The notes beneath the pieces were generated by a model that ran no database searches, had not been told where the DNA came from, and was given only the letters and a program-made list of their open reading frames with translations. A program made the translations under genes and the position numbers. This document shows, one piece after another, positions 6,851-18,326 of a stretch of DNA of 64,000 bases; positions within the stretch are counted from its first letter, which is position 1; the number at the start of each line of letters is the position of its first letter. The stretch lies in sequence record NC_025447.1; one strand, 5' to 3'. This DNA is from Escherichia phage 121Q.

Positions 6851-9514
6851 ATGGCAGGAGATCTACTCTCACCTGGCGTTTCCATTTCAGTAACTGATGA
6901 AAGTATGAGTACCGCTGCTGCTCCTGGCACTGTACCACTATTTGTAATCGCTACTGCTGAAGACAAACTTGTCCCAGGAAGCAGTGCAATAGCTGCGGGA
7001 ACTACTAAAGCAAACGCTGGAAAACTACAGCTTCTAACATCACAAAAAAGTTCACTTGATACCTATGGTACACCAATTTTTCAAATGAATAACGGTTCTG
7101 TTGTTCAAGGTGATGAACTAAACGAATATGGCCTACATGCAGTATATTCTTATCTAGGCATTACTAACCGTGCATATGTAATTCGTGCTGATATCGATCT
7201 AGCACAACTAGCACCAAGTGCAGAAGCACCAACTGGCCCAGTATCCAATGGTACTTTGTGGTTTGATACCGCACAATCACAAGTAGAAGCGTATGTAGCG
7301 AAGAAAGATAGTCCAAGCAGTTTTTATGATTGGCAACTTAAGCCAGTAACTATTGTAAGTGCTGAAGAAGTTGAAGATGTAAGTCTAGTAGGTTTAAATG
7401 TTGATGATTTAGTTCTACGTTACAAACCAAGCAATGGTCAGATGCTAATGTATAAACGTTCTGCTTCTGGGCTAGTGCAAATGGAAACTTACCTATCACC
7501 AATTAACAAAGTTCCAGTTGGCTCAACTGTAGAAAAAGGTAACATTTGGATTCGTGATGGTTACACCCAAAATGGTTCAAACTATTTTGGTACTCGTTTT
7601 GTTATTAAACGTTATGCATCCCTAACTCAAGTTTGGAATATTGTACCAGCATATACTGGTAATTCATTCCAAGAAATTGAAGCGAAAAGTGGTGTACTAA
7701 ACAATAGTTATATCGCATCTCGTTTTGATGAAGATAGTAAGAGTTTCTCTTTCTATATTCAAAGTGCAAAACTAACAACAATTAGTGCTCCTGCTTTGCC
7801 ACTTGGTGAAACTATTATTGAACAAGCAGGTGCTGATAGTTATATGACTTTTGTTTATTTGAATAAATCAGTTAAAGTACTAGCAGTTCCACAAGGCGGT
7901 GTTATTAATACCCAAACTATCATCAATAATCTAAATGCAAATGCTGAAATTATTAACGATGGTTTTAAATTTAAACGTGAAACTAATGGTGGTTTAGTTG
8001 TTTCCAATACAAAAGGTTACAGTTTCAAAATCACACAAAGTGGTGATGATATTTTTGCTGAATCTGAACTACAAAAACTAACAGTAGATAGTAACAACTA
8101 CTCTCTAATTAACGTGAATAACTTCCGTGTTAGTTATTCAGTACCACGTAGTGTAGCAAAAGAAGGAACTCTCTGGTATGATTTCGGGAACTCCGATAAT
8201 CTAACTGTAACTATGTATGTTGCTGATGTTGCTAATGATGAATGGGATCTAGTACAAGAAGAAAACAAATATGTACAAGTTGATGAACCAGCGGCTGACC
8301 GTTTAATTTGGGTTTGTCCTTTATCCCAAGGCATTGATGGTTATGATTTCTATCGTAACGTTGATGGTGAATGGGTTAAACTTGACAGTACTGATCAAAG
8401 TACACTAAATGGTATGATTTTCCAAGACTTTAATTTCCCAAGCCAAGTTCCTGCTGCGGCATTGTATCAAAATGGTATGCTTGCAGTTGACCTAGGTAAC
8501 ACTGAAGGTGTTGTTAAGAAAATGGTTAATGGTCAATGGGAAGTTGTTAGTGGTGTAAGTCTTGATGGTGCTGGCCTATTTGGTCGTGCTGCACAACGTC
8601 AACTAGTAGTTGAAGCACTAGCTGCTGTTATTATTGGTAATGATGACATTCGTTCTGAATTTATTGATTTTAACCTAATTTGTGTACCTGGTTACGTTGA
8701 AACACTTGATGAATGTGTAACTTTAAACACTGATCGTAAAGAAACTGCATTTATTGTTACTGACGTTCCAGCACGTTTGAATCCAACTGGAAACGGTAGT
8801 GCTGTACAACAATGGGCTACTAATGCTAACAATGCACCAAGCAACGGTTCAGTTGGTCGTACAACTGCTTATGATTATGCTGCTCAGTATATGGGTTGGT
8901 GTCTAAGTACTAACGTTGATGGTGAAGAAGTTGCAGTTCCTGGTAGTACTATTGCAATGCGTACATATGCATACAGTGATAGTGTTAGTTATGTATGGTA
9001 TCCACCTGCTGGTACAACTCGTGGTGTTGTAACAAACGCTGCAAGTACTGGTTTTATCAACAGCGAAGGTGAATATCAACCAGTAGTATACAACCAAGGT
9101 CAACGTGACGTTATGTATACTAACAACATTAACCCAATTGCAATGCGTCCTAACCGTGGTTTGCTTGTTTATGGAGATAAAACTCTATCTGCTAATCAAA
9201 CTTCTGCACTAAGTCGTGTTAACGTTGCTCGTTTAGTTGTTTATATTCGTCGTCAACTAGAAATTATTTCCGAACCATTCCTATTCCGTTTGAATACTCC
9301 AAGTACTCGTCAGGAATTTAGTGGTGTAGTTAATAGCTTCTTGGCTGAAATTGTTCAACAACAGGGTCTTTATAACTTCGCAGTGGTTTGTGATGAAAGT
9401 AACAACACCGCAGAGCGTATTGACCGTAATGAACTTTGGATGGATATTGCAATTCAACCAACTAAGAGTATTAACTTCATTTACGTACCAATCCGTATCG
9501 AGAAAACTCAATAA
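6851..9514 (+). CDS. tail sheath protein (T4 gp18-like, enlarged to 887 aa)
   Basis: N-terminal LSPGVSISVTD and C-terminal RNELWMDIAIQPTKSINFIYVPI resemble T4 gp18 termini; strong terminator downstream. Confidence 0.85.
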   Translation: MAGDLLSPGVSISVTDESMSTAAAPGTVPLFVIATAEDKLVPGSSAIAAGTTKANAGKLQLLTSQKSSLDTYGTPIFQMNNGSVVQGDELNEYGLHAVYSYLGITNRAYVIRADIDLAQLAPSAEAPTGPVSNGTLWFDTAQSQVEAYVAKKDSPSSFYDWQLKPVTIVSAEEVEDVSLVGLNVDDLVLRYKPSNGQMLMYKRSASGLVQMETYLSPINKVPVGSTVEKGNIWIRDGYTQNGSNYFGTRFVIKRYASLTQVWNIVPAYTGNSFQEIEAKSGVLNNSYIASRFDEDSKSFSFYIQSAKLTTISAPALPLGETIIEQAGADSYMTFVYLNKSVKVLAVPQGGVINTQTIINNLNANAEIINDGFKFKRETNGGLVVSNTKGYSFKITQSGDDIFAESELQKLTVDSNNYSLINVNNFRVSYSVPRSVAKEGTLWYDFGNSDNLTVTMYVADVANDEWDLVQEENKYVQVDEPAADRLIWVCPLSQGIDGYDFYRNVDGEWVKLDSTDQSTLNGMIFQDFNFPSQVPAAALYQNGMLAVDLGNTEGVVKKMVNGQWEVVSGVSLDGAGLFGRAAQRQLVVEALAAVIIGNDDIRSEFIDFNLICVPGYVETLDECVTLNTDRKETAFIVTDVPARLNPTGNGSAVQQWATNANNAPSNGSVGRTTAYDYAAQYMGWCLSTNVDGEEVAVPGSTIAMRTYAYSDSVSYVWYPPAGTTRGVVTNAASTGFINSEGEYQPVVYNQGQRDVMYTNNINPIAMRPNRGLLVYGDKTLSANQTSALSRVNVARLVVYIRRQLEIISEPFLFRLNTPSTRQEFSGVVNSFLAEIVQQQGLYNFAVVCDESNNTAERIDRNELWMDIAIQPTKSINFIYVPIRIEKTQ

Positions 9515-9520
9515 AACACT

Positions 9521-9548
9521 AAGGGAACCTTTTGGTTCCCTTTTTTAT
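9521..9548 (+). terminator. rho-independent terminator after sheath gene
   Basis: AGGGAACC-tttt-GGTTCCCT then TTTTTT. Confidence 0.7.
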
Positions 9549-9909
9549 TGATTAAAATTAAATACCTTTATATTGATGTTATAAAGGAACATTATGGATA
9601 TGGAAGAAATACTAAAAAAAACAATACAAGATGTCAGTAAAATAGTTTTAACTCAGTTGGAATCAGTACACATACTAAATATATTTTTAAAAAATTTGGA
9701 AGATTGTCGGTATAATTGAAAAATACGAAGTATACACAAATGGAAAATGGTCTATATCAGTAAACTATATTGACCACACTAAACGAAAAAGATACTTATA
9801 TTGTGTTAATATTAATTGGTTCCCTGTTGATGACACTTTAGTTAATTAAAAATATACTTCCAGATAGATAAATAATATAAAGATGTCATTCCATAATAGG
9901 AGAATATAA

Positions 9910-10596
9910 ATGGCTACAATGCTTGATCGATATGGCGTACCGCTCGCTGGCGGTGGTCGTATCTCTATGAAACAACCAAAAGCAAAATACAAATTTCGTG
10001 TTATTTTCTTTGGTTTTGGTACTAATGATGATGGTAATATGATTACACTAGACACCAATACAGTTGGGGCAGTATCTGTATCACATGAAAATGTTACTGT
10101 TCATAGTTACAACAGTTCTGCACACTATAAAGGTAAGTACACTTGGGATACAATTGATGTTGCTTTCCGTGACTCAGTAGGTAATGCTTCTGCTAAAGCA
10201 CTATACAACCAAATGCGTAAAGAATTCAACTACTACAGTCAAGAATCTCGCATGACAGATTCACAATTTAAATTTGAAATGTGGATTCAAGAGCTTGATG
10301 GTTCTAATAGTGAAAATACAACAAACTTGTTTGAAGGAACATTGAGTACTTGGGTATGTCAAGGTTGCTTTATTGAATCCAGCAACTTTGGTGATTGGGA
10401 TTATTCCTCAAGTGAAGCACAAGTTATTTCAATGACTGTTCAACCAGATGGTTGTGCTAAATTGGGTCCAAATGGCGAAGCGTTCGGTGATGAAGTTAGT
10501 GGCTTCGGTAATCCATCAACTGCTACCTCTATTTCTGGTGCACAAACTAATATTAGTAGTACTACTCTACCAGATAGTAACTTCTACGAAAATTAA
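9910..10596 (+). CDS. tail tube-family protein (gp19-like), paralog 1
   Basis: Follows sheath gene; N-terminal RYGVPLAGGGRISMKQPKAKYKFRVIF and FRDSVGNASAKAL shared with next ORF. Confidence 0.5.
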   Translation: MATMLDRYGVPLAGGGRISMKQPKAKYKFRVIFFGFGTNDDGNMITLDTNTVGAVSVSHENVTVHSYNSSAHYKGKYTWDTIDVAFRDSVGNASAKALYNQMRKEFNYYSQESRMTDSQFKFEMWIQELDGSNSENTTNLFEGTLSTWVCQGCFIESSNFGDWDYSSSEAQVISMTVQPDGCAKLGPNGEAFGDEVSGFGNPSTATSISGAQTNISSTTLPDSNFYEN

Positions 10597-10617
10597 TTTT
10601 ATTTAAACTTAATATAT

Positions 10618-10647
10618 AGCCTCGAATCTATTCGGGGCTTTTTTTAT
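10618..10647 (+). terminator. rho-independent terminator after tube gene
   Basis: AGCCTCGAA-tcta-TTCGGGGCT then TTTTTTT. Confidence 0.6.
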
Positions 10648-10690
10648 GCTAAATAAAGTATAATGCCTTATAAAATAAAAAGAGGTTGCT

Positions 10691-11467
10691 ATGGCAAATA
10701 ACATGATTAATAAATATGGCGTTCCTTTACCATCGGGGCGTAATCGTTCAATGCTACAACCGAAAGCAAAATACAAGTTTCGTGTTATTGTGTATAATTT
10801 CGGTACTGATATAGATGAACGTGATCACATCGCATTAGATGTTGATAAAATTGATAGACCTACTGTAACATTTAGTACTCATAAACTATATCAATTTACT
10901 ACTAATACTTCCTATATAGGTAGTCATGATTGGGAACCAATTACAATATCTATCCGTGATTCAGTTGGTAATGCATCAGCAAAAGCATTATCACGACAAT
11001 TACAAAAACAACTTGACTTTCAACGTAGAATAACTTCCAGAAATGACCAAGATTATGGTTCTTATAAATTTGGTTTGGTTATACAGATGTTGAGTGGACG
11101 TAACTCAGATGATACACTAGGAAATCTAGGAAGAGATACTCTAGTAGATGCTGCAACTGCTGCAACAAATAATTCTGGCTTAGTAAATGCAGTAGATCAA
11201 TTTATTGGTGGTTCTTCATATAACAGTGCTGGTGTTATGGAATACTTTGTTTTAACCGGATGTGTTATTCAAAACATATCATACGATTCATTAGATTATA
11301 GCTCAAGTTCTCCAGTTGAAATGGTAGTTACTATCAAACCAGATAATTGTATACAATTTGATAATATTGAAGAAATGTATAGTACCAGAATTAATTCACT
11401 TTTACCTGAAAATGTCAATCAAGGTTTAGATATCATTGATCGTGTTTTTGGTAGTGTAGGATTTTAA
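10691..11467 (+). CDS. tail tube-family protein, paralog 2
   Basis: Shares KYGVPL..QPKAKYKFRVI and IRDSVGNASAKAL with 9910-10596. Confidence 0.5.
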   Translation: MANNMINKYGVPLPSGRNRSMLQPKAKYKFRVIVYNFGTDIDERDHIALDVDKIDRPTVTFSTHKLYQFTTNTSYIGSHDWEPITISIRDSVGNASAKALSRQLQKQLDFQRRITSRNDQDYGSYKFGLVIQMLSGRNSDDTLGNLGRDTLVDAATAATNNSGLVNAVDQFIGGSSYNSAGVMEYFVLTGCVIQNISYDSLDYSSSSPVEMVVTIKPDNCIQFDNIEEMYSTRINSLLPENVNQGLDIIDRVFGSVGF

Positions 11468-11478
11468 GGAGATAATGA

Positions 11479-13586
<2,108 letters not shown>

Positions 13587-13613
13587 CTTAAACGACCTTA
13601 TGGAGTTATTAAA

Positions 13614-14150
13614 ATGAATAGATTACAACAAATCCTAACTGAAAAGAAACCAGTTTATGAATACCGAGTTAAGTTTGCAGTTGAACCAACACCTGAGCAA
13701 CTTAGTAAAGTAACACAGCGACTAATGGATCGCTATGATGCGTTTGAAATTGGAGCACTAAAGAAAACAATTTTTATGGAAAAACCATTAGATTTCTATG
13801 AATTAGATTGTGGTGAAATTTGGATGTTTGACTTTAAATGTCATCGTGGCGTTCAATCAAATGTACTAATGTATGAAATTGGCAATTTACTAAGCATGAC
13901 AGAAGCATTGATTCGTGTTCGTAGTAAAGATGAACCTCGTCAAATTGAAATGACTGATTTGGAAGATGATATCGATTTTGATGATGTTGATGAACCAGTT
14001 ATTGGAGTGGATTTTGGTAAACCAGAAGACAGTTATGACTTAGCTGGACAACAACGTGCAAACACTGCCGTTGATGATGCAATTGAAGCATCGAAAAAAG
14101 ACAATAAATACTCTCAATATATGAGTGCTGGTTTTGGTAAAAAGGATTAA
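13614..14150 (+). CDS. hypothetical protein
   Basis: ORF with GGAG RBS. Confidence 0.5.
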   Translation: MNRLQQILTEKKPVYEYRVKFAVEPTPEQLSKVTQRLMDRYDAFEIGALKKTIFMEKPLDFYELDCGEIWMFDFKCHRGVQSNVLMYEIGNLLSMTEALIRVRSKDEPRQIEMTDLEDDIDFDDVDEPVIGVDFGKPEDSYDLAGQQRANTAVDDAIEASKKDNKYSQYMSAGFGKKD

Positions 14151-14153
14151 CAC

Positions 14154-14696
14154 ATGAGTATACTTAATGAAATGTTAGATTATGAAGACAATGAGTTAAA
14201 TGAAGCTCGTCCTTATAGTCGTTCACAAAGTGCAGTTGATAGTGCAAAAGGAAAAGTAAAAGGCTTTTTTGGTAGTGGACAGATTGAACAAGGTGCACAA
14301 GAAGTTGGTGCTGAAGCCAACCGCTTATGGGCAGAGTTTAAACGTTATGTTGGACGTAAATATGGTAAAGCTCAACCATCAGTACCTTACGCTGATGTGG
14401 CACAGTTTTTTAAAGGTAACAATCTTGATATTAAACATTTAGGGAACAATCCTCGTCGTTCTTTTACACCAAAAGATGTAGGTACTGCTCTATTAAATGC
14501 TGCTCGTGATATAATGAATGACTACCGTGACCAACAAGGTGGCGAAGAAAGTTCAGAATCACAACCATCACAATCGACCTCAACTGAGCAACCAGCACAA
14601 CAAGAACAACCAAAAGCACAAGGTTCCAGTATCCCTGATGCTCTACAAAAATTAAGTCCAGAGCAACGCGACCAACTGTTACGTATGCTTTCTTAA
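14154..14696 (+). CDS. hypothetical protein with Q/S/E-rich low-complexity C-terminus
   Basis: ORF with AAGGA RBS. Confidence 0.5.
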   Translation: MSILNEMLDYEDNELNEARPYSRSQSAVDSAKGKVKGFFGSGQIEQGAQEVGAEANRLWAEFKRYVGRKYGKAQPSVPYADVAQFFKGNNLDIKHLGNNPRRSFTPKDVGTALLNAARDIMNDYRDQQGGEESSESQPSQSTSTEQPAQQEQPKAQGSSIPDALQKLSPEQRDQLLRMLS

Positions 14697-14709
14697 GGAG
14701 AATCAACAC

Positions 14710-16227
14710 ATGGATAATTTTTTCAGTACTGAAACTACCACAGTTCCTAATGGATATGTATATACGTCACATACTGGTGCAAAATATGTATTTCTTGAAG
14801 GATTCTGGTTCAATGACAATAATATGTTAATGGTAGACCCTAGAAAATACCCATCCATGTACGCAAGTGCTCGACAACAGATTGTCGAGCACAATCTAGC
14901 TTCAAATGAATATAAGATTGGTAACAAATATATTGTTGAAGGTAAAGAGTGTACATTTATTGGTGAAAACCGTTTCAATTCAAAAGATGGAATTCTATTA
15001 ACTGAAAGTGAATTCATCACTGAATTAATGGCAGATGATCATCGAGTATATAATGTTTCTAAAGAAACACTACAAAAAGAATGGAATGCATTAAAATTTT
15101 ACATTCTTCCACCATATGCTGATGATATATCAATTCCAGCAGGTATGGAAGTAAGTGGTTTTAAATTTGTGCCAAAGAATCACCGTTTTGTTGATATGAA
15201 ATCAGGACGAGCAGTTGATCCAGCAATGACCCGTAAACTATCAGATGAAGGTATGCGTATTGCTCGTCAGTTAGCTTCTAAAAATAAACTAATTCCAATC
15301 AAATCAACCTTAGTTCAAGGCAATACACGTTGTGAGTGGAATGGTAAAGAATTTTGTGATAATGATGGTAATGTAGTAATTCCAGAACAAAATGCACATG
15401 CAATTATTAATGCATATCAGCAATTTGTTAAGAATAACCCAAGTGATTTTCCTACATTAACGGGTGAACAAGAACATAGTGAGCAACGTTTTGGTTCAGG
15501 TGAAAAGCCACATAAAGCTTCACACCCTGCTAAACAGCCAGTATTTGCAACTAAAGAATCAATTAATGAAGCAGATGAAGAAATTGAAGAATTTGAAAGC
15601 ATTACTGTTCCTGACGGTTATAGAATGACTTCTTCTAAAGGAAAAACATACGCTAAGAAAAATAACTTGTGGTATGATATCGAAAGTAAAAAGCAACTTA
15701 ACACAAGTGCTTCTAAAAGTGTTGAACGAGCAGCACAGCGTGATATTTTCCGTCATAACAATTCCGGTGCTATGAAAATCGGTACAAAAGTTAAATCCAA
15801 ACAAGGCAAAGAATATTCGTATGTTGGTGGTGACAGATTCATTAGTGCTGATGGTAAGTTTATACCAAAAGCAACTGCTGCTAAATTACTTGCCAAATAT
15901 GAACAAGATAAAGAAGTTAAAAGTGATGAAACACCTGAAGTAGACTCTGGTACTGAGCAAATTCAATCAAAAGAAGAACCTAAGAAAGAACCAGAATCTG
16001 AACAAAAACCAGACGAAGTTTCTGAACCAGAAACTAAATCTGAAACAATTGCTGGTGATGATGTACAATCATTAGCTTCTAAAATTAAAGAGTCACCTTA
16101 TGCTAAAAAAATCACAGTACTACTAACTCGTGGTGATGAGGTTTCTCTACTTGCTGCTGACATTTTACTTTCAGGTAAAAAGGATGAAACAGTGCAAATT
16201 TTAAAATCATTAAATAATAATGATTGA
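14710..16227 (+). CDS. hypothetical protein with internal domain duplication
   Basis: ORF with AGGAG RBS; residues ~10-100 and ~300-395 share VP(N/D)GY..TS..G..Y and KIG.K....GKE..(F/Y)(I/V)G..RF patterns. Confidence 0.5.
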   Translation: MDNFFSTETTTVPNGYVYTSHTGAKYVFLEGFWFNDNNMLMVDPRKYPSMYASARQQIVEHNLASNEYKIGNKYIVEGKECTFIGENRFNSKDGILLTESEFITELMADDHRVYNVSKETLQKEWNALKFYILPPYADDISIPAGMEVSGFKFVPKNHRFVDMKSGRAVDPAMTRKLSDEGMRIARQLASKNKLIPIKSTLVQGNTRCEWNGKEFCDNDGNVVIPEQNAHAIINAYQQFVKNNPSDFPTLTGEQEHSEQRFGSGEKPHKASHPAKQPVFATKESINEADEEIEEFESITVPDGYRMTSSKGKTYAKKNNLWYDIESKKQLNTSASKSVERAAQRDIFRHNNSGAMKIGTKVKSKQGKEYSYVGGDRFISADGKFIPKATAAKLLAKYEQDKEVKSDETPEVDSGTEQIQSKEEPKKEPESEQKPDEVSEPETKSETIAGDDVQSLASKIKESPYAKKITVLLTRGDEVSLLAADILLSGKKDETVQILKSLNNND

Positions 16228-16249
16228 TAACTAAAAGGATTTATTTAAA

Positions 16250-17230
16250 ATGGCTAAAAAAATTAATGAAGCACAAGTTAAAATCGATATCGCAGGTTTA
16301 GAATCTGATGATTTGGAAACTCTATCACGTATGTTAGCTCTTGCTGGTCAAGCTGAACGTCAAGACCCAGTAGTTGCCGCTCCAGTACCATCTATGGGGT
16401 CTATGACTCCATCTCTTCCACCTATTGCTCCACTAGATCTCGATTCTATTGGTGCTGAAGAAGAAATTGGTGGAATTGAAACTTCAGTTGAAGACCCACT
16501 AGCAGCGGCAGTTGATGATCTTTCCGCTGATGTTGGTGATTTTGGTGCTGACACAGATGAAGTTAGTATGGATGCTGAATTTTCAGAACCAGGTGTAGAA
16601 GGTGAAGAAGATTTTTCTCTTGACCTTAGTGGTCAACCTCAACTAGAATCAGTTGAAGAAGACGATGAGGAAGAAGAAGAAATTATTGAAGAAGAATTCG
16701 ATTTTAGTCGTATGCTATCTCTTGCTGGTATTAACGAAGAAGAAGACGAAGATTTTTCAGTAGAGGGTAATCCTGCTACCGATAAAGAAATGAAAGATAC
16801 CCAATTTCTACCAGATCTAAGTATCTCTGAAGATGAAGAACCATCTAACAGTACTGATTATGGTCCATATGATACAGAAGCTGATGCCGTTCGTGATGGT
16901 CAACTAAAGACTAATGGTGTTGAAGGTGACCATTTTGTTGTAATTGCAAAAGGCAATCAATTTTATTGGAGACGTGTTGTAGATGAAGATCTTGACAATC
17001 GTCCAGAACCTGAGTATTATGATAATGAAGGGAACGAAAATCGTGTTCATAAATTTGAACCAAAATTCCCAGGCACTGCATTAGGAGATAACCCACTAAA
17101 TGTTAATGAAAGTGAAGAAGATGATTCACCTGAAGGTAACATTGACTTGGAAGATGATTCTGATGAAGAAGTAGAAGATATTTTTGAAAGTCTCCAAGAA
17201 AAATACAAGAAATTTTTAGGAGACAAATAA
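16250..17230 (+). CDS. highly acidic low-complexity protein
   Basis: Long Asp/Glu runs (DDEEEEEIIEEEFDF); AAGGA RBS. Confidence 0.5.
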   Translation: MAKKINEAQVKIDIAGLESDDLETLSRMLALAGQAERQDPVVAAPVPSMGSMTPSLPPIAPLDLDSIGAEEEIGGIETSVEDPLAAAVDDLSADVGDFGADTDEVSMDAEFSEPGVEGEEDFSLDLSGQPQLESVEEDDEEEEEIIEEEFDFSRMLSLAGINEEEDEDFSVEGNPATDKEMKDTQFLPDLSISEDEEPSNSTDYGPYDTEADAVRDGQLKTNGVEGDHFVVIAKGNQFYWRRVVDEDLDNRPEPEYYDNEGNENRVHKFEPKFPGTALGDNPLNVNESEEDDSPEGNIDLEDDSDEEVEDIFESLQEKYKKFLGDK

Positions 17231-17231
17231 T

Positions 17232-17627
17232 ATGCAATATAATTATCGTGAACTAGTTGAAGCGTTAGACGAAATTACCGGAAGAGATGAAGACGAAAGT
17301 TTTTCAGTTGAAGTTGAATCCGATGTTGTAGCAGTTGATGTTCTTAAGGATATTACCAAATGTCTTATTGATATTGTTGATAAGATTAAATCTGGTGAAG
17401 ACCAAAAAGAAATTGTAGATAAACTACAAAAAGCCTGTGACATTTTGTCTGACATTCGATATAATGATGAAAGTACTGAAGTTGCTGATGAAGAAGTGTT
17501 GGAAGCCATTGCAGGTTGTTTTGGAACTGAAGGTATGGGACCAACAATTGACAAAGAAGGCGTACAACACTATAATGAGCCTGGTGCACCATCATATGCT
17601 GCACGTCAAGGTTTTGTTGGAGACTAA
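17232..17627 (+). CDS. acidic hypothetical protein
   Basis: ORF with AGGAG RBS, tightly coupled to upstream gene. Confidence 0.5.
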   Translation: MQYNYRELVEALDEITGRDEDESFSVEVESDVVAVDVLKDITKCLIDIVDKIKSGEDQKEIVDKLQKACDILSDIRYNDESTEVADEEVLEAIAGCFGTEGMGPTIDKEGVQHYNEPGAPSYAARQGFVGD

Positions 17628-17630
17628 TAT

Positions 17631-18011
17631 ATGTTTCCAGAACCATCACATAACAGTACTGAATATCAAAATAATGTACTTTCCAAAGTTAGGGAAGTAC
17701 ATGAATCAGATTCAGAAATAACAGACCGTATGCTTCTGATGTCAATTTTTGAAAATTTCAGAACTGGCGGTGGTTTACGTCTTAGCAAGTTTGGGTATGG
17801 AATTTGTAAAGAAAATAATCTTTATGAATTTACAAAAATCCCCTTGCAAAGAGAATTTAAAAGTTCTATAATGTTTACATCACTTGACAGAATATGTACT
17901 TCACCTTATTATGTTGAAGGTCAGTACATATATCTGACAGATGCAATGATAATAACTGAATTAACATTGTGTTGTGACGATTTTAAACAGTTATTTTCTA
18001 TTCATATGTAA
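17631..18011 (+). CDS. hypothetical protein
   Basis: ORF with GGAG RBS. Confidence 0.45.
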   Translation: MFPEPSHNSTEYQNNVLSKVREVHESDSEITDRMLLMSIFENFRTGGGLRLSKFGYGICKENNLYEFTKIPLQREFKSSIMFTSLDRICTSPYYVEGQYIYLTDAMIITELTLCCDDFKQLFSIHM

Positions 18012-18035
18012 GAAAAAATGAATTAAAAATAAATG

Positions 18036-18063
18036 TTGACAAGATAGAATGATGTGATACAAT
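18036..18063 (+). promoter_or_regulatory. putative sigma70-type promoter P1 (TTGACA-N16-TACAAT)
   Basis: TTGACA at 18036-18041, TGtgaTACAAT ending 18063. Confidence 0.5.
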
Positions 18064-18128
18064 AAGCATCAGACATAAAGTTTTCAAGCGACACAAGATG
18101 TGAGTTTGAAAAAAAAAGAAAAAAAGTG

Positions 18129-18156
18129 ATTGACAAGTTGAAACGATGTGATATAA
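18129..18156 (+). promoter_or_regulatory. putative sigma70-type promoter P2 (TTGACA-N16-TATAAT, consensus boxes)
   Basis: TTGACA 18129-18134, 16-nt spacer, TGaTATAAT ending 18156. Confidence 0.55.
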
Positions 18157-18218
18157 TGTTCACATCAAGACAGCAAAGAGATTTACCTTTTAAACACACG
18201 GATGATTCATGAAGTAAC

Positions 18219-18266
18219 AAAGGAACTGATAAGTTAAATTATTTTAACACAGTTCCTTTACTTTTG
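18219..18266 (+). promoter_or_regulatory. stem-loop in 5' leader of MoxR gene (10-bp stem AAAGGAACTG/CAGTTCCTTT, 21-nt loop)
   Basis: Perfect inverted repeat 18219-18228 / 18250-18259; weak T-tract after. Confidence 0.3.
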
Positions 18267-18326
18267 CCCACGGATTGGCTATAATAGAAACTTAAACGAT
18301 TTTATCCAACAAAAGGAAATATATAC

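Noticed and set aside
9640-9670. tRNA-like D-loop fragment (AACTCAGTTGGAATCAG) and other intergenic regions scanned for tRNAs
   Set aside because: No acceptor stem or T-loop (GTTCGAATC-type) sequence nearby; no tRNA supported anywhere in the window
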